Shown here piece after piece: positions 59,710 through 64,000 of a stretch of DNA of 64,000 nt. The position numbers and the translations under genes are program-made. The first letter of the stretch is position 1; each line of letters starts with the position of its first letter. The DNA comes from a virus: IMG/VR virus record IMGVR_UViG_3300040758_000214, positions 64,001-128,000 of that record; one strand, 5' to 3'. Below the pieces are notes generated by a model. It was not told where the DNA came from and did no database searches. It saw only the letters and a list, made by a program, of their open reading frames with translations.

Positions 59710-59755
59710 TCCATTAAGTATAATGAACTTAATGGAAGAATGTTGGTTTATACAT
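59710..59755 (-). promoter_or_regulatory. Leader peptide (MYKPTFFH) + RBS-sequestering hairpin
   Basis: 10-bp stem TCCATTAAGT/ACTTAATGGA overlaps GGAGG SD; leader stop lies in 5' arm. Confidence 0.55.
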
Positions 59756-59800
59756 ATTCAAATCTCCTATAGTTTATATTGTTCTAAAAATTTTTATTAT

Positions 59801-60034
59801 TTACTTATATAATGGAGTTCCATCATTACATCTCCAACTTCCATTTGCAATTAAAATTAAATCTATAATTGTCCCGATAAAAAACCATCCGCATGTCAGA
59901 AGATAGATAACACCAGACCCAAGTTTTCCGGTATATAATCTATGCAATCCTGCTATTCCAAAAAATCCAATAAAACAAAATACAAGAGCTAACCAAAAAA
60001 GTTTCTTACTTTCTATTACAGGTTGAAGTTCCAT
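59801..60034 (-). CDS. TM2-domain membrane protein
   Basis: GLHRLYTGK...GVIYLLTCG.F.IG.IIDLI. Confidence 0.88.
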   Translation of the reverse strand: MELQPVIESKKLFWLALVFCFIGFFGIAGLHRLYTGKLGSGVIYLLTCGWFFIGTIIDLILIANGSWRCNDGTPLYK

Positions 60035-60061
60035 TATTTAATTTCCTTTCTGTATAAAATA

Positions 60062-60137
60062 TGGTAGGGGATGTCTGACTCGGACAGACGTATGCCAGAT
60101 TCAAAATCTGGTGCGTTAACCACTTCGCCAATCCCCA
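60062..60137 (-). tRNA. tRNA-Gln(TTG), CCA encoded, atypical
   Basis: CCAGA-TTTTGAA-TCTGG anticodon arm; U1:U72 mismatch, A73, T loop TCCGAGT. Confidence 0.82.
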
Positions 60138-60145
60138 ATAAAAAT

Positions 60146-60266
60146 TTTGGCGTATTCTTATGTTCAGACTGAGAGCCGTTGTTGTCTATCCAAAGTACTG
60201 GAATCTTTATAAGACAGCTTCACCGCAATCTCTAGTAATAAGTAACCTGCATGTTTATACACCAAA
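60146..60266 (-). ncRNA. Candidate ~120-nt rod-like RNA between tRNA-Asn and tRNA-Gln
   Basis: TTTGGTGTAT/ATACGCCAAA closing stem; inner GAGA/TCTC, TGTCT/AGACA, TCCA/TGGA. Confidence 0.5.
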
Positions 60267-60271
60267 TCATG

Positions 60272-60343
60272 CTCCGGAGGAAAGATTCGAACTTCCGACC
60301 TGAGAGTTAACAGCTCCCGGCTCCACCACTGAGCTACTCCGGA
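60272..60343 (-). tRNA. tRNA-Asn(GTT), no encoded CCA
   Basis: TCCGGAG/CTCCGGA acceptor, GGGAG-CTGTTAA-CTCTC, TTCGAAT. Confidence 0.93.
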
Positions 60344-60349
60344 ATAATC

Positions 60350-60685
60350 TTACAAATATTTCATTGCTAAAACTACGGCTTCTGATATATAACCAATAAT
60401 TTTAGAAGCTAAACTTACATCTGAAATTATTACTTTAATGTTATCTTCTTCGATTTGAAGGGTTGACGCTTGTGCCTTTAAAGCAGCTGTAGCATTAACA
60501 AAATCAATATCATCTTGTATTGTCTGAGTATGTAAAAGTTGTGATAAATAGGAATCGAGTTGACTATATTCCATACTTATTTTCATTATAGCTACAGGAT
60601 CTGTTGAATTTCTTCCTGCTTGAATCAATAAACTTTGAGCTGATCTTATTGGTTCAATTATTTTTAATATATCTTGCTTTGCCAT
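60350..60685 (-). CDS. Helical partner of upstream lipoprotein
   Basis: 111-aa helical ORF adjacent to lipoprotein. Confidence 0.6.
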   Translation of the reverse strand: MAKQDILKIIEPIRSAQSLLIQAGRNSTDPVAIMKISMEYSQLDSYLSQLLHTQTIQDDIDFVNATAALKAQASTLQIEEDNIKVIISDVSLASKIIGYISEAVVLAMKYL

Positions 60686-60698
60686 TTATTTGTTCCTT

Positions 60699-61610
60699 TC
60701 ATTTAGATGGAGTTGTGGCTTTTAATGCATTTTTAGATATTGAAATTAAATTATTTATACTAGGAAGTATATCTGCAGTATTTGCATTAGCAATTGCTTT
60801 ATTTGCAACTAAAATTGCATCTAACGTATTATTCATTTGTTCTGCTGCATTGTCTGAAGTTGTTAAATCAAAATTTGTTTGGGATATTAATCTTTCTCCA
60901 AATGGATTTATTGATTGTAAAATTTTTCTTGATTGCATTATATCAAAGAAACTCATATTACTTTTATTTTCATGACTCTTTGATATAATCCATCTTAGAT
61001 TTATTTCAACTTTATCCATTTTACTATCAATATTTTGAGCAAGACTTGAGTTTTCACTTTTTAAATCTTTTACAATTGTTTCTAAATATGGTTGCATTGC
61101 AGTTGCAGAACTTTTAACTTCTGTAAATTTTTTATGGTCTAAAATCATATCTGTAATAGCAATCATTGCCACTTTAATTCCTGTTGTAATTTCAGAATTA
61201 AGAGTTTGCGTTTTATATGTTTTAATTGTATTACTTATATCACCTACCATTTCAGAATCTAAAGCTGTATCATCATTAGTTGCAAGGACTTTCATTTTGT
61301 CTGCATATAATGTTAAAGTATCCATTAAAGTCTGACGTATTTTTATTTGGTCATCTGTTAAAAGTATAGGATTACATTTTCCTGATATATCAAAAGTAGT
61401 TCCATTTCCATTTGAATATTCAAATGCTTGTGTATAAAATCCTGTAACACAATCCATTGTTTGTACTGCCTTAAAAAAATTCATCTCAGATGTTGCTAAA
61501 GAATGTACCCCAGTACTAAATTGAGCTATAGGGGACTGAATTTGCATAAGTCCGCATCCATTTAAAATTACTGTTAATAAAAAAACATATACTAATTTAT
61601 AACTTTTCAT
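60699..61610 (-). CDS. Lipoprotein
   Basis: Lipobox LNGC after hydrophobic signal. Confidence 0.75.
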   Translation of the reverse strand: MKSYKLVYVFLLTVILNGCGLMQIQSPIAQFSTGVHSLATSEMNFFKAVQTMDCVTGFYTQAFEYSNGNGTTFDISGKCNPILLTDDQIKIRQTLMDTLTLYADKMKVLATNDDTALDSEMVGDISNTIKTYKTQTLNSEITTGIKVAMIAITDMILDHKKFTEVKSSATAMQPYLETIVKDLKSENSSLAQNIDSKMDKVEINLRWIISKSHENKSNMSFFDIMQSRKILQSINPFGERLISQTNFDLTTSDNAAEQMNNTLDAILVANKAIANANTADILPSINNLISISKNALKATTPSK

Positions 61611-61641
61611 TTTATTTGTCCTTTTTGTTTATTGATTCAAT

Positions 61642-61962
61642 TTACCAATAACCATTTAGATGAGTGCGAATTTCTTTTTTTAAGTCATTCTCATCTGTTT
61701 CACGCCATTCACACCATCCCCAATCAGAAAATCTTATTGTATCTGAAAAACTACGATAGAATTTACCATCTTTAAAAGAAAATCGGAGCATATTATGATA
61801 ACCCCAATGATCATGTTTTATTTTATCTTTACAATTACAAGGTTCGTTGAAGTCAAGTATTCCTTTTTCTTTTATCTCTTTTATAATATCTTTTACTTTA
61901 ACGCCTCTAATTGCTTTTCGTTCATATGGAACTTCTTCAACCTCTTCTAATTCTTGTATCAT
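61642..61962 (-). CDS. Hypothetical protein
   Basis: ORF with AAGGAG SD. Confidence 0.55.
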   Translation of the reverse strand: MIQELEEVEEVPYERKAIRGVKVKDIIKEIKEKGILDFNEPCNCKDKIKHDHWGYHNMLRFSFKDGKFYRSFSDTIRFSDWGWCEWRETDENDLKKEIRTHLNGYW

Positions 61963-61977
61963 TTAAATACTCCTTAA

Positions 61978-62409
61978 TTATTGATAATCTTCTGTTTGAA
62001 TTATACCAAACTTATGAAAATATCTTAAAGGTCTCCACTTGTGCCCCTGCACAAGAAATCCCCATTTTTGGTATGGTCTCCCACAAAATATAATTGTCCA
62101 TGCACCTTCTTTAGGAATATCTAGATAATGCAATTGTGTAGCTTTCATTTTTCTTGGATGCCATGCAGTTGCTTCAAATGTTCCTTCTGGTGTTACATTT
62201 TTATATTTACCTTTTATAATTATTGAAATTAAATCACATGAGTGATCATGAAAATATCTTCTATCATCAGATTTTATCCAATGATGAAGTCGTATAGAAT
62301 AACCAAATAAAATTAATGTCCATCTATAAAGATAAGGACATTCTTTATATCCTAATTTCTCTTTCCATCTTATTTGAAATATTGTTCCAAATTTATTATA
62401 TGGTTTCAT
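61978..62409 (-). CDS. Cupin-fold phage protein
   Basis: IRLHH...SDD..YFHDH...H...AWTI...G...WGF. Confidence 0.7.
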   Translation of the reverse strand: MKPYNKFGTIFQIRWKEKLGYKECPYLYRWTLILFGYSIRLHHWIKSDDRRYFHDHSCDLISIIIKGKYKNVTPEGTFEATAWHPRKMKATQLHYLDIPKEGAWTIIFCGRPYQKWGFLVQGHKWRPLRYFHKFGIIQTEDYQ

Positions 62410-62636
62410 TTTAATTCTTTCAATTTAATTTCATAAATCATTATATCAAATTCAATTAATTCTTTTAGTCTATAATAGCCATCACACATTCTATGAGGAC
62501 AACAATCTCCTTTTTCTTCGATAATCATTAATGTTGTTTTAAGATCTTTTATTTTTTCTTTAATACTTATAAATTTTTTATCAAGTCTTTTCATATCTTC
62601 TATCTTTTCTTTTTCACTTATAAATTCTTCATTCAT
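62406..62636 (-). CDS. Hypothetical protein
   Basis: ORF with GAGG SD. Confidence 0.5.
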   Translation of the reverse strand: MNEEFISEKEKIEDMKRLDKKFISIKEKIKDLKTTLMIIEEKGDCCPHRMCDGYYRLKELIEFDIMIYEIKLKELK

Positions 62637-62654
62637 ATATTACCTCATATGATG

Positions 62655-62834
62655 TCAGTGCCCAAGGAATCGAACCTCGTACCTCCCACATGTGTTGGAT
62701 AACGTCCAGCTCATTTTCAAAATAAATTTCTATCATTGGCCTAATGATCATCCTTCAAATTTACTCACAAATCCTTTCATACATCCTCCCCGAAATTAAT
62801 CGGATGGTCGCTCTCCCATCTGAGCTAGACACTG
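62655..62834 (-). ncRNA. tRNA scaffold with 114-nt insertion replacing anticodon loop
   Basis: CAGTGTC/GGCACTG-A acceptor, GCTC-AGATGGGA-GAGC D arm, CGAGG-TTCGATT-CCTTG T arm; insert has GGAGG + ATG mini-ORF. Confidence 0.75.
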
Positions 62835-62842
62835 ATAAAATA

Positions 62843-62911
62843 TTTCCTGAATGGATGTCTCCCAGGTCCTCGGGCCCCCAGTATATTTAATATACTCATC
62901 CATTCAGGAAA
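62843..62911. other. 15-bp perfect stem with internal hairpin (structured element)
   Basis: TTTCCTGAATGGATG/CATCCATTCAGGAAA enclosing AGTATATT/AATATACT. Confidence 0.65.
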
Positions 62912-62929
62912 ACTTAATATTTTAACTTC

Positions 62930-63100
62930 ACCCCTGCTTTAGATTCCGCTAAAGCTTTAACGGACTGGTCGTCCGAACCATTTGTCTCGCCAGAGTTATT
63001 TGTGAATTATTGTTCACAAAACATATCACTGGGTACTTGAACACCAGCTCCCTTCACACCAGTCCTCGGTTAACGACCGGGAATCGAACCCGTACTATCG
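62930..63100 (-). ncRNA. Candidate structured RNA beginning with a tRNA T-arm
   Basis: CGGG-TTCGATT-CCCG, then GGACTGGT/ACCAGTCC stem enclosing hairpins, then GCTTTAG/CTAAAGC. Confidence 0.55.
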
Positions 63101-63105
63101 AATAC

Positions 63106-63495
63106 CTATAGAGAATCTGCAAGTTTCTTAAGATCCTCAAGAGAAGATCCTGCAAGTTGTTCATTCTCCTTCTGTGCGATGATTGAAAGGATTTGTTGTT
63201 TCTTTTCTTTATTGGATCTTGCAAGAGCAGCAGCTTCATTTTCAACCAAACGAACTTCAATGATATGTTTTACAATATCAAACTTCAATTGAATCATTGC
63301 GTCTGATTTATTTTCCTTGTTAACAAAGGATATATCATCTCCACTTTTTAATTGATGGTGAAGATCTATAGCAATTGCATCCAAATTAACTTTTCCTGTA
63401 TTACTGGACAAAGGAATATCCCATAGATCTTCAATACTTAAAAGACCTTTTGGTGAATCGAAACGAACTTTAAGTCGTGAGGCTTTTTCAAACAT
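63106..63495 (-). CDS. Conserved phage protein
   Basis: MFEKASRLK.RF.S.KG.LS.EDLWD.PL family. Confidence 0.75.
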   Translation of the reverse strand: MFEKASRLKVRFDSPKGLLSIEDLWDIPLSSNTGKVNLDAIAIDLHHQLKSGDDISFVNKENKSDAMIQLKFDIVKHIIEVRLVENEAAALARSNKEKKQQILSIIAQKENEQLAGSSLEDLKKLADSL

Positions 63496-63505
63496 GATTT
63501 TCTCC

Positions 63506-64000
63506 TTAGAAATTAATTTTTATGGTGCGGGTAAAGGCACCTTTAACTCTACATAATACACTATTCCGTTGTGTTGATGAGAACCCGAGGCCACTTAATT
63601 GATCCTGTGATTCTTCTGTTTTCATCTTTGATCCTACTACTTCAAAAACCTTACGATGTTCATTTAGTTCCTCAGTAAGAAACTCATTGAAAAACCCTCG
63701 TGCTTTTCCATCATTTAGACACCCATTGATCATAAAAAAGTAATGTTTATTTCCCACAGCTTTTTCATCCCAATGGTTCGGAGAATTCATAATTACAGAG
63801 ACTTTATTAAAGACATTCGTAGATATTCCCCATACTTCCTTTACAGCATTAGATGATGGAAGAGATTGAATAAATTCAATCCCCTTAGAATGTGAATATT
63901 TCAATTCTGCAACCACAACTATATCACCAGTCTTCATAGGTTTAGGATAAAAGAAATGATGTATAGTACCCATAAAGTCAATCTCTACTTCGAATCCTAC
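63506..64000 (-). CDS. C-terminal part of conserved large phage protein (TerD-like region); starts outside window
   Basis: Frame open to 64000 (VGFEVEIDFMGTIH...); SPNHWD...GNKHYFF...HRKVFE...QLSGLGFSST. Confidence 0.7.
   Translation of the reverse strand, partial: VGFEVEIDFMGTIHHFFYPKPMKTGDIVVVAELKYSHSKGIEFIQSLPSSNAVKEVWGISTNVFNKVSVIMNSPNHWDEKAVGNKHYFFMINGCLNDGKARGFFNEFLTEELNEHRKVFEVVGSKMKTEESQDQLSGLGFSSTQRNSVLCRVKGAFTRTIKINF

Noticed and set aside
3598-62093. The many plus-strand ORFs in the supplied track
   Set aside because: They are antisense shadows of minus-strand genes or RNA genes (I/S/L/F-rich, no SD, no motifs)
1-64000. Genome-wide stop-codon reassignment and CRISPR arrays
   Set aside because: Core genes are intact in code 11 with TAA, TAG and TGA all used as stops; no regularly spaced direct repeats seen

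Overview
AT-rich fragment of a large tailed (jumbo-type) phage genome; essentially every gene is on the minus strand, standard code. It carries a T4 gp17-like terminase and structural genes (left end), a small family-B DNA polymerase palm protein, FolE2 and QueD, a PspA/YjfK membrane-stress module, unsplit multisubunit RNA polymerase beta and beta' genes, SbcCD with an intervening HNH endonuclease, an SF2 helicase, type IIA topoisomerase A/B, a MoxR-like ATPase/vWA-metallopeptidase pair, an SSB-like protein and three tRNAs (Pro, Gln, Asn). Two things stand out. (1) A complete phage-encoded ubiquitin-like conjugation cluster (E2-D, JAB, E1, HEH-HEH-Ubl ending RKG, plus a second E1 and an HPN..C E2-like protein) directly upstream of the RNAP genes. 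(2) A dense non-coding RNA district at 57.3-63.1 kb. It includes a ~330-nt RNA with an ungapped, covarying copy of the 23S rRNA L1-stalk head (H76-H78), a circularly permuted tRNA-like (YrlA/Y-RNA-like) RNA next to a possible Ro/TROVE-like gene, and a tRNA scaffold whose anticodon loop is replaced by 114 nt containing an SD and mini-ORF. Also seen: candidate phage promoter motifs, several tandem paralog arrays of small proteins, and an ORF with a single in-frame TGA. All assignments are from motif recognition by eye; no searches were run.
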